Assembly: GCA_964563335.1 (NCBI GenBank)
Contig: CAZLWL010000001.1
Coordinates: 9,946 to 73,945 of the forward strand
Length of the DNA: 64,000 nucleotides
Origin: an uncultured Pirellulales bacterium
GTDB lineage: Bacteria; Planctomycetota; Phycisphaerae; Sedimentisphaerales; Anaerohalosphaeraceae
Reading direction: 5' to 3'
Under the pieces are notes generated by a model that saw nothing but the letters and a program-made list of their open reading frames with translations, was not told where the DNA came from and made no database searches. The translations under genes were made by a program, and so were the position numbers. Shown piece after piece: positions 1 through 12,449 of the stretch (positions within the stretch are counted from its first letter, which is position 1; the number at the start of each line of letters is the position of its first letter).

Positions 1-2605
<2,605 letters not shown>

Positions 2606-2608
2606 TAA

Positions 2609-3712
2609 GTGCAGGTACCTTTGTTGGATTTGAAGGCGCAGTACGCGACTATTAAGGACGAGATTTTATCAGCAGTTTCTGAGGTGTTAGAGTCGCAGCG
2701 GTGTATAGGCGGGCCGAAGGTGGCCGAGCTTGAGGAAAAGATAGCCGCGCTGTGCGAATGCAAATTCGCCGTTGGCGCTTCGAGCGGGACGGACGCGATA
2801 ATGAACAGCCTGATGAGTCTGGACATTAGGCCGGATGATGAGATTATTACGACACCTTTTACTTTTATCTCGACAGTAGGGTGCATCGCAAGGGTGGGTG
2901 CGAAGATAGTCTTTGCAGATATTGACCCGAAAACATTCAACATTGACCCTGCTGGTGTAAAGGCGGCGGTAAGCGACAAGACCAAAGCAATAATGCCGGT
3001 GCATCTTTTCGGCCAGATGGCCGATATGGACCCGATAATGGCAGTTGCCACCGAGCACAATCTCGCTGTGATCGAGGATGCCGCTCAGTCGATCTCAAGC
3101 ACGTACAAGGGCAGAAAGGCGGGCGGCATCGGGACGGTCGGATGTTTTAGCTTCTTTCCGAGCAAGAACTTAGGCGGTATCGGCGACGGGGGGATGATAG
3201 TTACGAATGACCAGCAGCTTTATGATCGGCTGTTCATTATGCGCAATCACGGCAGCAAGCCGAAGTACTATCACAGGTGCGTGGGCGGTAATTTTCGGCT
3301 TGACCCGATACAGGCGGCGGCGCTTTTGGTGAAGCTTCCGCATCTTGACGAGTGGTCGGCAAAGCGGAGGGAAAATGCGGCGTATTACGATAAGAAGTTT
3401 GCGGGCACTGTCGCGTGGACACCTTATATCAGCCCGGACTGCGTTACGATTTATAATCAGTATGTGATTCGTGTGCCGAGGCGTGATGAAGTGGTGGCCC
3501 ATCTGAAGGCGAACGATATCGGGTGCGAGGTATATTATCCGGTGCCGATGCATTTGCAGGAGTGCTTTAGCTATCTGGGATACAGAGAGGGTGATTTTCC
3601 GGAGACCGAGAAGGCGGCCAAGGAAGTGATGGCGATACCGGTTTATCCGGAACTGACGGATGAAATGAAGGATGTTGTGGTTGATACGATATTGTCATTT
3701 TTGAGTAAATAG
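2609..3712 (+). CDS. DegT/DnrJ/EryC1/StrS-family sugar aminotransferase (WbpE-like)
   Basis: 367 aa with a GTG start. DEIITTPFTFIST, VIEDAAQS and FSFFPSKNLGGIGDGG (PLP-lysine region) are typical of this family. Confidence 0.85.
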   Translation: MQVPLLDLKAQYATIKDEILSAVSEVLESQRCIGGPKVAELEEKIAALCECKFAVGASSGTDAIMNSLMSLDIRPDDEIITTPFTFISTVGCIARVGAKIVFADIDPKTFNIDPAGVKAAVSDKTKAIMPVHLFGQMADMDPIMAVATEHNLAVIEDAAQSISSTYKGRKAGGIGTVGCFSFFPSKNLGGIGDGGMIVTNDQQLYDRLFIMRNHGSKPKYYHRCVGGNFRLDPIQAAALLVKLPHLDEWSAKRRENAAYYDKKFAGTVAWTPYISPDCVTIYNQYVIRVPRRDEVVAHLKANDIGCEVYYPVPMHLQECFSYLGYREGDFPETEKAAKEVMAIPVYPELTDEMKDVVVDTILSFLSK

Positions 3713-3729
3713 CGGGTAAACCAGAAGCT

Positions 3730-4488
3730 GTGGATAATTCTCAAACAAGTTCTTCGGCCTTGCAGATTCGCGATATTAGTCTTGGCATCGTATGTCCGAT
3801 GGCAAATGAGCGCGCAACTGCTGTGGAATTTGTGAATGCGGTGTTGGCCCAGTGCGAAGGATTCAGAAAAGTGATTTTCTTTGCGATCCTGGATAATACC
3901 TGTAAAGACAGCACGACTGAGCTTCTTAGGGACCTTGCCAAAGAACGGCAGCAGTTAAACGTTGTGTGGGCACCGGAGGATAGATGTGTAGTCGATGCTT
4001 ATATTCGCGGGTATCGGGAGGCGTTGTGTGCAGGCTGTGAGTGGATTTTGGAGATAGATGCGGGTTTCAGCCATCAGCCGTCGGATATACCTCGGTTTTT
4101 CGATAAAATGTTGGAAGGTTATGATTGTGTGTTTGGCAGCCGGTTCTGCAAAGACGGCAGTATGTCTGAGTGTCCTCTGGGGCGGCGCATTGTGAGTCAC
4201 GGCGGCACTATTTGCGCTAATATCCTGTTAGGGACGAAGTTCAAGGATATGACCAGTGGTTTTGAGATGTTTACACGTCCAGCACTTGAGATGGTGTTAG
4301 CCAGGGGGATTAAATCGCGGGCACATTTTTTCCAGACTGAGATAAAAGTGTATTGTCGTAAATTGAAGGTGGCCGAGGTGCCGATAAGTTATCGTGCGCC
4401 GAGCGTTAGTATTAACAAAGAGGTTTTGAAGGATGCCCTGGGTAATTTGTTTCGTCTCTTTATGTTGCGGTTTTCGGGAAAGTTATAA
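3730..4488 (+). CDS. family-2 glycosyltransferase, polyprenyl-phosphate sugar synthase-like
   Basis: 252 aa. LGIVCPMANE near the N-terminus, LDNTCKDST and EIDAGFSHQP resemble the DPM1/ArnC-type GT2 signature. The GTG start is inferred. Confidence 0.65.
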   Translation: MDNSQTSSSALQIRDISLGIVCPMANERATAVEFVNAVLAQCEGFRKVIFFAILDNTCKDSTTELLRDLAKERQQLNVVWAPEDRCVVDAYIRGYREALCAGCEWILEIDAGFSHQPSDIPRFFDKMLEGYDCVFGSRFCKDGSMSECPLGRRIVSHGGTICANILLGTKFKDMTSGFEMFTRPALEMVLARGIKSRAHFFQTEIKVYCRKLKVAEVPISYRAPSVSINKEVLKDALGNLFRLFMLRFSGKL

Positions 4489-4507
4489 ATTCTAAAGTTT
4501 TCGGGGA

Positions 4508-5524
4508 TTGCAAGTGAGTGAAAAGATAGCGGTTGTGGTTACATCAATTGCCGGCCCAAATAAAGTCCTGCGGGACCTGGCAGGAGGGTGTAAGGAGAGA
4601 GGGTATCGGTTCATTGTCATAGGCGACGAGGCCAGCCCGGCGGACTTTCACCTCGAGGGCTGCGACTTTTATAGCCTTGAAAGACAGGTTGAAACAGGCT
4701 TTAAGTTTGCGCGGCTGTGTCCTGCGAGGCACTATGCCAGGAAGAACATCGGCTATCTTATCGCCATTGCCGAGGGTGCATCGATTATAATCGAAACGGA
4801 TGATGACAATATTCCGTATGATGATTTCTGGTGGCAGCGGAGTGTGAATCAGTCCGTTAAGACGGTTGAAGAGGCAGGCTGGGTGAACGTTTACCGGTAT
4901 TTTACAGATGCGAATATCTGGCCCCGCGGGATGGCGCTGGAGCACATTAACGACGAGGTGCCGGCGTTTGAATCGCTCCAGAGGCGTGATGTTTATTGTC
5001 CCATCCAGCAGGGATTGGCGGATGACAACCCCGATGTCGATGCGATTTATCGCTTGATCGGGCCTTTGCCGCAGACATTTAGAAAAGACAGGCGCGTTGC
5101 GCTGATGGACGGGTCGTGGTGTCCTTTCAACAGTCAAAATACGACATGGTGGGCCGAGGCATTCGGTTTGTTGTATCTGCCTTCATACAGTTCTTTTCGC
5201 ATGACGGATATCTGGCGAAGTTTCATTGCTCAGCGGATTACGTGGGTCAACGGGTGGGCGGTTCTCTTTGGCGAACCTACGATGCGGCAGGAGCGTAACG
5301 TGCATAATTTGATGCGGGATTTTGCCGACGAGGTTCCGGGGTATTTAAACAACAGCAGACTCTGTGAAGCGATTGAGGCCCTTGCACTGGGCGGCGGTGC
5401 GGTCATGATTAGCGCTAACTTGCGTTTGTGTTACGAAAAACTTGTCGATATGTCATTGGTTGACTTGAAGGAGCTCGATTTGGTAGATGCCTGGAATGAT
5501 GACCTGGCCCAAATCAGAAAATAA
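4508..5524 (+). CDS. DUF288/STELLO-like putative glycosyltransferase
   Basis: 338 aa. The pattern IAVVVTSIAGPN...FIVIGDEASP...RKNIGYLIAIAEGASIIIETDDDNIP matches the STELLO-type family as I recall it (memory only). A GTG at 4514 is an alternative start. Confidence 0.45.
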   Translation: MQVSEKIAVVVTSIAGPNKVLRDLAGGCKERGYRFIVIGDEASPADFHLEGCDFYSLERQVETGFKFARLCPARHYARKNIGYLIAIAEGASIIIETDDDNIPYDDFWWQRSVNQSVKTVEEAGWVNVYRYFTDANIWPRGMALEHINDEVPAFESLQRRDVYCPIQQGLADDNPDVDAIYRLIGPLPQTFRKDRRVALMDGSWCPFNSQNTTWWAEAFGLLYLPSYSSFRMTDIWRSFIAQRITWVNGWAVLFGEPTMRQERNVHNLMRDFADEVPGYLNNSRLCEAIEALALGGGAVMISANLRLCYEKLVDMSLVDLKELDLVDAWNDDLAQIRK

Positions 5525-5540
5525 TATGAAAAGGTAAAGT

Positions 5541-6629
5541 ATGATAAAGATAATTTGCGTATGTGGTGCCCGGCCTAATTTTATGAAGGTTGCGCCCGTT
5601 ATGAGAGCATTCGAGGCAAAAGGGGGGTTCGAGGTCCTTTTAGTTCATACAGGCCAGCACTACGATGAGAATATGAGCAAGCTCTTTTTCGATGAGCTTG
5701 ATATCCCCCGGCCGGATATAAATCTGGAGGTCGGCTCGGCAAGCCATGCGGTTCAAACAGCTCAGATTATGAAGCGTTTCGAGCCGGTGGTGCTGGATTT
5801 TCGACCTGATTATGTCCTGGTTGTGGGGGATGTTAATAGCACGATTGCGTGTGGTTTAGTAGCGGTTAAGTTAGGCATTAAACTCATACACGTTGAAGCC
5901 GGCCTGCGAAGCTTCGACCGAACGATGCCGGAGGAGATTAATCGTGTGCTGACGGATGCGATAAGCGATTTGCTGTTTGTAACCGAGCAGTCCGGACTTG
6001 ACAATCTCAGCAATGAAGGGATCGACGCGGCCAAGGTGCATTTTGTCGGCAATGTTATGATTGATACGCTGATGGCACACAGGGCCAGGGCCGAGAAGTC
6101 AGATGTTTTGGAGCGGTTAGGGCTTTCGTCTAAAGAATACGCGGTGATCACATTGCACAGGCCGAGCAATGTTGATGACATGAGGACATTTGGGGAAATA
6201 ATCACGGCGTTTGAAGAAATGGGCAAAGAGATGAAGCTGGTTTTCCCGATTCATCCGCGGACGAGGGATAATGTTAAGGGCAGCGAGCTCGAGAGACGGA
6301 TGGAGAGGCTGGCGAATCTTATCTTACTCGAGCCGGCCGGATATGTGGACTTTTTGTGTCTGATGAGCAATGCTGCTCTGGTGCTGACGGACTCGGGCGG
6401 GATACAGGAGGAGACGACGATACTGGGTGTGCCGTGTATGACACTGCGTGAAAATACGGAGCGGCCGGTAACAATTACGGAGGGTACGAATCGACTTGTG
6501 CATGTAACAGCTAAGGATATTCTGAGAAATTATCGCCAAATCAGGAATGGGGGCGTAGATAGTGGCCACAGCATTCCGAGGTTATGGGACGGCAAGTCCG
6601 CCCAGAGGATTGCCGGAATTATAATCTAA
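5541..6629 (+). CDS. wecB: UDP-N-acetylglucosamine 2-epimerase (non-hydrolysing)
   Basis: 362 aa. CGARPNFMKVAPV, GDVNST, HVEAGLRSFDRTMPEEINR and LTDSGGIQEE are hallmark motifs. Confidence 0.85.
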   Translation: MIKIICVCGARPNFMKVAPVMRAFEAKGGFEVLLVHTGQHYDENMSKLFFDELDIPRPDINLEVGSASHAVQTAQIMKRFEPVVLDFRPDYVLVVGDVNSTIACGLVAVKLGIKLIHVEAGLRSFDRTMPEEINRVLTDAISDLLFVTEQSGLDNLSNEGIDAAKVHFVGNVMIDTLMAHRARAEKSDVLERLGLSSKEYAVITLHRPSNVDDMRTFGEIITAFEEMGKEMKLVFPIHPRTRDNVKGSELERRMERLANLILLEPAGYVDFLCLMSNAALVLTDSGGIQEETTILGVPCMTLRENTERPVTITEGTNRLVHVTAKDILRNYRQIRNGGVDSGHSIPRLWDGKSAQRIAGIII

Positions 6630-6898
6630 GCGTGAAGTGGGCCGAACAATCCGCCGATATACACGTAAATAAAGCTATACTTTACACTTATGGCAAATAA
6701 GTATGGTTCTGATTATCTCGGTGTAGTTCTCGAAATCTGCGTTTCATAACAGCGATAACATGTGCAAAATCAGCGCCTAATTGCACCCGACAGGGACGGA
6801 GTCCAAATAATCTTCGTGTCCCAAAATTTGTTTTTGCTTCATTTCCCACAAATAGCTTTAGATAAGTCCCAAAAACCTCGAAGATATTACGTGAAGTT

Positions 6899-8428
6899 AT
6901 GAAAAGCTCCATTCCAGAAGCGAAGAAACGGCTAATTGCAAACATTGGCACTAATATGTTGGCTGTGTTTGTAGGTGCCGCAATTGGCATCTGGCAAACT
7001 CCTTATTTGATACGACACTTTGGAATAGAAGTGTATGGGATGATTCCTCTGGTTATTTCATTTATCGCATACTTCAATTTGCTCACAGCATCTATCACAA
7101 ATGCCGTGACTCGTTTTGTGGCTATTCATTTGGGCAAAGGCGAAGAAGAACAGGGCAACACGTATTTCAACAGCGCCTTGTTTGCTTTGACAATATTGTG
7201 CGGGATACTCCTTATTCCTGTTATTATCCTTTCGGCTTTCTTTTCCAAAGTGTTTCAGGTGCCGGCGGGTTTTGAGACGGATACGAGTTGGCTGTTTTTT
7301 TATGTAATATTTTCCACTTTTATTATGGCGGTTAATAGTCCATTCTTGGTCAGTACATTTGTAAGACATCGCTTTGACCTAAGTAATTCAGTGAAAATGG
7401 TTGGCAGGTTATTACGGGTGATTTTTTACGTGGTGTGCTTTACATATTTGTCGGTATCATTGAAGTATTTTGGTTTGTCCTATATTGCAATGGCGTTGTT
7501 TGTTCTTGTTTGTTCCATAGTGTTGACCCGGCGTCTGACTCCTCAACTGCAGGTGAATTGGAGACGGTTCAACTGGCTGACGCTGCGCGAAATGGGACGG
7601 ATGAGCGCATGGATAGCAATTAATCAAGTTGGCGCACTATTATATCTTAGTGTCAGTTTCATTATTATAAATCTTTTTCTGGGGCCTGAGCAGTGTGGCC
7701 GTTATGCTCCGGTTGCTTTATGGGTCACGTTGCTGGGAGCGTTAGGCGGAGCTATCAGTGATATTTTTACACCGATAGCTTTTGAGTATATTGCCCGTGA
7801 CCGGTTGGATATTTTGGTCCTACAGATTCGGCGGTCAACGAAGTTTTTAGGCTTGATAATGGGATTGCCGGTAGGCTTGTTATGTGGTCTTGCAGCGCCT
7901 TTACTGACGAGATGGCTGGGTCCGGATTTTACTGACCTGTGGCCTCTGGTGTGGCTGCTAATAGCACCTTGGTTGGTAACCATTACAATCAGGCCAATGT
8001 TCGCAATCCGCAGAGGCCTGGATAGAGTGAAGGTGCCGTCAATAGTTACTCTTGTCGGTGGTGGCATAAATGTGATTCTGTCTATACTGCTTGTACGTTT
8101 TACTGGTATGGGAATCTACGGAATTGCATTTTCTCTGTCATTCTGTTTGACGGCACAGAATTTATTCTTCACTCCGATCTATACAGCTATGATAACCGGG
8201 AAGCCAAAGACTATGTTCATGGTGGAGATCATTCCAGGAGTGGTAATGGCAACACTTATAAGTGTTGCAACATTTGCACTGACCCAGATGTGCGATCTGG
8301 CCTCGGTCCCGCGCTTGTTAGGGGTAGGGGCTCTTGCAGCCCTGATTTATTGTCTATTGTGCTATGTGGTAGTTGTTAGCAAAGAGGATAGGATTTTGCT
8401 GCAGTCACTCGTTCTCAGGCGCAAATAG
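6899..8428 (+). CDS. Wzx-type oligosaccharide flippase (MOP superfamily)
   Basis: 509 aa and polytopic, with many hydrophobic segments through the whole length. It sits inside the sugar cluster in an AT-richer stretch. Confidence 0.65.
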   Translation: MKSSIPEAKKRLIANIGTNMLAVFVGAAIGIWQTPYLIRHFGIEVYGMIPLVISFIAYFNLLTASITNAVTRFVAIHLGKGEEEQGNTYFNSALFALTILCGILLIPVIILSAFFSKVFQVPAGFETDTSWLFFYVIFSTFIMAVNSPFLVSTFVRHRFDLSNSVKMVGRLLRVIFYVVCFTYLSVSLKYFGLSYIAMALFVLVCSIVLTRRLTPQLQVNWRRFNWLTLREMGRMSAWIAINQVGALLYLSVSFIIINLFLGPEQCGRYAPVALWVTLLGALGGAISDIFTPIAFEYIARDRLDILVLQIRRSTKFLGLIMGLPVGLLCGLAAPLLTRWLGPDFTDLWPLVWLLIAPWLVTITIRPMFAIRRGLDRVKVPSIVTLVGGGINVILSILLVRFTGMGIYGIAFSLSFCLTAQNLFFTPIYTAMITGKPKTMFMVEIIPGVVMATLISVATFALTQMCDLASVPRLLGVGALAALIYCLLCYVVVVSKEDRILLQSLVLRRK

Positions 8429-8460
8429 TCGTTGTAGGATTTTCTGTGTCGAAATTTCTA

Positions 8461-8475
8461 TGGACACATGATTGC
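8461..8475 (+). promoter_or_regulatory. candidate sigma-54 (-24/-12) promoter
   Basis: The sequence is tggacacatgattgc. The GG and GC dinucleotides have the canonical 12-nt register of TGGCAC-N5-TTGC. It lies 112 nt upstream of the 8587 ATG in a 158-nt intergenic gap. Confidence 0.25.
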
Positions 8476-8586
8476 GTGGATTTTTCATTATAGGTTGTTC
8501 TGTATGTCAAATCAGTGTTGCTGTCGGGCTTGTGCACATAAGCCTGTAAGACTACAAAAGTCGAGCTAAACAAGGAAAAAGCGAAA

Positions 8587-9834
8587 ATGAGAATAGAGGA
8601 TCTTGAGTTGACAGAACGCGGGAGCCGAGTACGAGTTACCGCGACGGTAAAATGGGAGGATTGTGAACGGCCTGTTCAGCAAATCTACTTTGAGACGGAA
8701 GATGCGTTTAAAGAGAACATGACATTCTGCAATCCTCACGCTTTCTTGGTGGGGTGTATACTGCCTGCGATGCGTTATGGGGAGAAAAGGATCGCCATAG
8801 ATGGAGAGATCTGTCCCCGGTTACTCTCGGGTCTCAAGGTTGCCATGGGCTTCATACGTAAATGGTCCAACGGGGAACGCGAGGTTCTTGAAATTGAAGC
8901 TAAACCGTTTTCAAATTTAAGGGAAACGAACAAGAACGCAACTGCAGGTCTATTTCTTTCCGGAGGAATAGACTCTGTTGCAACACTATATCTCAACAAA
9001 CAAAACTATCCCGAGCAACATCCCTTATCTGTTAAGAAGTGTTTGCTTGTCCATGGGTTTGATATTGGAGGGGACACAAAGAAAGGGCCTCAACACGATT
9101 TCTTTGATCTCGCGATGACTGCACTTTCGAAGATAGCAAAGGAAGCGCATGTTCCTCTAATTCCCGTTTATTCAAATATCAAGAGTCTGTGCAATGAAGG
9201 AGGGTTTTGGATTCACGAGTTCCATGGAATTGCTCTTGCAGCGGTTGCTCACGCGATGGCTTCAGGATTCAATATAGTGTATGTGGCTTCGACCTATGAC
9301 ATACCGAATTTGGCTCCATGGGGTTCTCATCCGCTCTTGGATCCACAGTACAGCAGCTACGACCTTAGGATCGAACACGAAGGTATTGCATTTTCACGGT
9401 TGGCAAAGGCCCGACTGATAGGTGATTGGGACGTGGCTCTTCAGAATATTCGGGTGTGTACAAAAAGTGAGGAAGGAACGTCAAGTTTGAATTGTGGGAA
9501 ATGCGAGAAATGCATTCGGACCATGACAGCACTCTTATCGATAGGAGCACTCGATAGAAGCAACGCTTTTCCTGCAGACGATGTTTCCGTGAAACTTCTG
9601 TCCAGTGTAGCCATTAAGAGTGGGTATCAGGCTTCATGTTACCGGGAATTAATCGAGCCACTACGACAATGTGGGCGACGTGACTTGGCCATGACCATCA
9701 AGTACCTGCTTGCAAAACACCCGGTCTATCGGTTGGGAGAGAGTTTGAAAAAAAGGATAAAGAGGTTCGACAGAAGATATCTCAATAACAATATCGTCCG
9801 GCTTAAGAGACGTATCTTACATCAAGAAATCTGA
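8587..9834 (+). CDS. PP-loop (adenine nucleotide alpha-hydrolase) superfamily protein, QueC/sugar-amidotransferase-like
   Basis: 415 aa. It has an FLSGGIDSVAT PP-loop motif (SGGxDS) around residue 125 and a C-terminal NCGKCEKCIRT cysteine cluster like QueC-type zinc sites. Confidence 0.5.
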   Translation: MRIEDLELTERGSRVRVTATVKWEDCERPVQQIYFETEDAFKENMTFCNPHAFLVGCILPAMRYGEKRIAIDGEICPRLLSGLKVAMGFIRKWSNGEREVLEIEAKPFSNLRETNKNATAGLFLSGGIDSVATLYLNKQNYPEQHPLSVKKCLLVHGFDIGGDTKKGPQHDFFDLAMTALSKIAKEAHVPLIPVYSNIKSLCNEGGFWIHEFHGIALAAVAHAMASGFNIVYVASTYDIPNLAPWGSHPLLDPQYSSYDLRIEHEGIAFSRLAKARLIGDWDVALQNIRVCTKSEEGTSSLNCGKCEKCIRTMTALLSIGALDRSNAFPADDVSVKLLSSVAIKSGYQASCYRELIEPLRQCGRRDLAMTIKYLLAKHPVYRLGESLKKRIKRFDRRYLNNNIVRLKRRILHQEI

Positions 9835-9952
9835 TCTCCTACTTATTGTAAGTCCTTACATGACAACAAGGATAATTACGCGACGGATTTGCTTGCCCAT
9901 GCTAATTGCAAAATCGAATCTATTTGCTGTCAGTTTTTGAAGTATAGGGGCT

Positions 9953-11203
9953 GTGGTGAAAATATTGATAATTGGCGAGATAAATAGTGACAATCTTGGT
10001 GACAGGGCGATATATCTCACCTTGGAGCATCTATTCAAATCAGAGGGGTATGAAGTTTGCGGATTAGATCTTACCAGAATGACCCGATTTGGCAGGATGG
10101 AAGGGTATATGCCGGAGGGCCCGCCAGATAGTTTTTACCTGGCCGGAGAAGAGCTGCTTTCGAATAGTGTAAAGGATAATGAGATTTCTCTTAAGTCCAT
10201 ACTGAAGTTTTTACAGCCGAATATTGTACGCAAGGTGCGCGTATTGTATTCGAAGAGCCGCAACTTCCTGAAACATGAGGAAGAATGGACACGGTCAATC
10301 AGAAACAGTGATGTGGTCGTTTTCGGAGGGGGAGCACTTCTTACGGACAACTTCTGGAGTTTTCCACTTGCTTTATTGTATGCGTCGAGATTGGCGAAAA
10401 AGTTTGGCGTACCGTATGGTTGCATCGGCTGCAGTGTTGGAGAAAGCTTCAGTTTTAACGGTGCACGATGGCTGAAGGAATTTCTGAGGGGAAGTTCCTT
10501 CATAATTGTACGTGATCCGGTGTCGGGGGCACGTTTGAAGGAATTTGGCGTGAGCCAATATAGAGTTTTCATTGACTCGGCGATATGTACTAAAGACGTA
10601 ATTAAGATTGAAAGAAAGCCGTTCACGGGGAACCTCGGCATAAACGTTTTGTCCTGTGTTCGCCACCCTCGAGTTACAAGGCGGGATTACTACAGATATA
10701 TTGAGGTTATGAAGAATTTAGTCATTAGAGTTGCTCAGACGCCCCAATTGGATTTTAAACGGGTAATACTGTTCAATACTGGTGGGTCTGCGGATACACA
10801 TGCCGGCAAATTCCTGCACTCTCAAGTGAAGCCGCGGCTAAGTAACGTTGATGTGAGAGTATGCAGAAAAATGGAAAGCCTCGGAGAATTGTGTCATGTA
10901 GTATCGCAGTGCGACGTGGTGATAGGTGCAAGGTTGCATTCCAGCATAATCGCAAAAAGCTATGGTGTTCCCATTATTGGCATCGATTGGGACAAGAAGG
11001 TGGCCGAGTTTTACGAAATGCTCAATTTGACGGATTTTTGTTTTGATTATAGAACTCTCGACGTCGAAATGATTATCAATGCTCTTGCGAAAATCAAGGC
11101 CCGCAATTTCCACCAGGACACAAATGTGGCGGGACACATAAGTGAGTTCAAAAGGCTTCCGAGCTATATATGTCAACAGGTCGGTATCAAGGAAAAGGTT
11201 TGA
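9953..11203 (+). CDS. polysaccharide pyruvyl transferase family protein
   Basis: 416 aa. The N-terminal KILIIGEINSDNLGDRAI and C-terminal VIGARLHSSIIAKSYGVPIIGIDWDKK fit the CsaB/WcaK-type signature. Confidence 0.7.
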   Translation: MVKILIIGEINSDNLGDRAIYLTLEHLFKSEGYEVCGLDLTRMTRFGRMEGYMPEGPPDSFYLAGEELLSNSVKDNEISLKSILKFLQPNIVRKVRVLYSKSRNFLKHEEEWTRSIRNSDVVVFGGGALLTDNFWSFPLALLYASRLAKKFGVPYGCIGCSVGESFSFNGARWLKEFLRGSSFIIVRDPVSGARLKEFGVSQYRVFIDSAICTKDVIKIERKPFTGNLGINVLSCVRHPRVTRRDYYRYIEVMKNLVIRVAQTPQLDFKRVILFNTGGSADTHAGKFLHSQVKPRLSNVDVRVCRKMESLGELCHVVSQCDVVIGARLHSSIIAKSYGVPIIGIDWDKKVAEFYEMLNLTDFCFDYRTLDVEMIINALAKIKARNFHQDTNVAGHISEFKRLPSYICQQVGIKEKV

Positions 11204-12382
11204 GTGGCTGTCCATTTCGAAATCTCCAACGCAAAAAGATTGCGTGTTCTCCAGATTTTTGGGAAACCAGTGATGGGCGGCATTGAAAACCAACTCCTAT
11301 TTTATCTGCAAAGGTATGATCGGGATGCATTTGAAGTTGATGTTGCTTGCGCTGGAGACACCACAGGTCCTTTACAGGGTCAGTATCTGGCGACTTCAAC
11401 GCGACTTATACTTTGCCGGTGGTCCAGGTATGTAATTCCTTTCATCTGGCGACTTCTCAAACTGCTTAGCCAAGAACGATACGACGTCGTGCACTGTCGA
11501 TTGGCGGAGGTGAGTGGATCTGCCATGCTGGCGGCCAAAATTGCTGGAGTTCCTGTGCGAATCGCCTCCTACGACCACACTGAAACGCCTTGGAGTAATC
11601 CGGGTGTCATTAACAGCCTTGCGGTTCGTACTCTTCAGTGGATGACACGCCGATGGGCTACCAGAATCTATGGTGTTTCGCGGGCCGTTTTGGATGCTCA
11701 TTACCCACATTGGAGACAACGCCCTGAACAGTATATGGTCTGCTACAACGGCGTTGACCTTGAGCAGTTTTCCAAGTCAGTGGATCCTAATGAGGTGCGC
11801 AGAGAATTGGGTTTGCCAACCGATTGTCTTGTTGTTGGCCACGTAGGTAGCATTAGACAAGTGAAAAACCATCAGACCTTCGTAGAAATGGCTGAAACTG
11901 TTTCAAAGCAATTTCAGCAAGTGTATTTTTTGCTGGTAGGCAACGGCGTTTTGCGCCCGCAAATTGAGTCGGAAGTAAGAAGACGAAATCTGAGCAGCAG
12001 GTTCGTTTTTACCGGTGTGCGTAAAGATGTACCACGAATGTTGGCGGCAATGGACGTGTTTGTAATGCCTTCGTTTAATGAAGGTTTTGGCATCGCTGCA
12101 GCTGAAGCTCAGCTGAGCGGTCTCCCAGTGGTGGCCAGTGATTTGCCGAGTATCCGTGAAGCTTTGTGTCCTGTGATGCACAAATTCTGCTGTAAACCAC
12201 GTGATTCAAAAGGCATAGCAGAAAAGGTTAAACTGCTCCTGGAAGATCCGCGATTGCGGAGTGAGCTTGGACGCGAAGGTCGAGAATATGTGATAAATAA
12301 GTTTTCGATAGAAAGAACCGTCAAACAATTGGAGTCTCTTTATGCCGGACAGCCTTGGAATGGGGAGCAAGAAAGGAGGTAA
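11204..12382 (+). CDS. family-4 (GT-B) glycosyltransferase
   Basis: 392 aa. It has VMPSFNEGFGIAAAEAQLSGLPVVASD (the EX7E region). The start abuts the preceding stop codon. Confidence 0.8.
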   Translation: MAVHFEISNAKRLRVLQIFGKPVMGGIENQLLFYLQRYDRDAFEVDVACAGDTTGPLQGQYLATSTRLILCRWSRYVIPFIWRLLKLLSQERYDVVHCRLAEVSGSAMLAAKIAGVPVRIASYDHTETPWSNPGVINSLAVRTLQWMTRRWATRIYGVSRAVLDAHYPHWRQRPEQYMVCYNGVDLEQFSKSVDPNEVRRELGLPTDCLVVGHVGSIRQVKNHQTFVEMAETVSKQFQQVYFLLVGNGVLRPQIESEVRRRNLSSRFVFTGVRKDVPRMLAAMDVFVMPSFNEGFGIAAAEAQLSGLPVVASDLPSIREALCPVMHKFCCKPRDSKGIAEKVKLLLEDPRLRSELGREGREYVINKFSIERTVKQLESLYAGQPWNGEQERR

Positions 12383-12449
12383 GCTTTTGGACCCTGATCT
12401 GCCAAAACATTGTAGACTGTACGTATCCAGAGGTTTGTGGGAGTTCTCT

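Noticed and set aside
6688-6990. A 100-aa minus-strand ORF in the gap before wzx.
   Set aside because: It overlaps the wzx start by 92 nt and has no motif or SD. The region is better explained as an AT-rich promoter region for the flippase gene.
12342-12449. The upstream extension of the beta-helix ORF (track start 12342).
   Set aside because: It would overlap the preceding GT4 gene by 41 nt and add 36 residues before an obvious signal peptide. The internal ATG at 12450 is the more plausible start.
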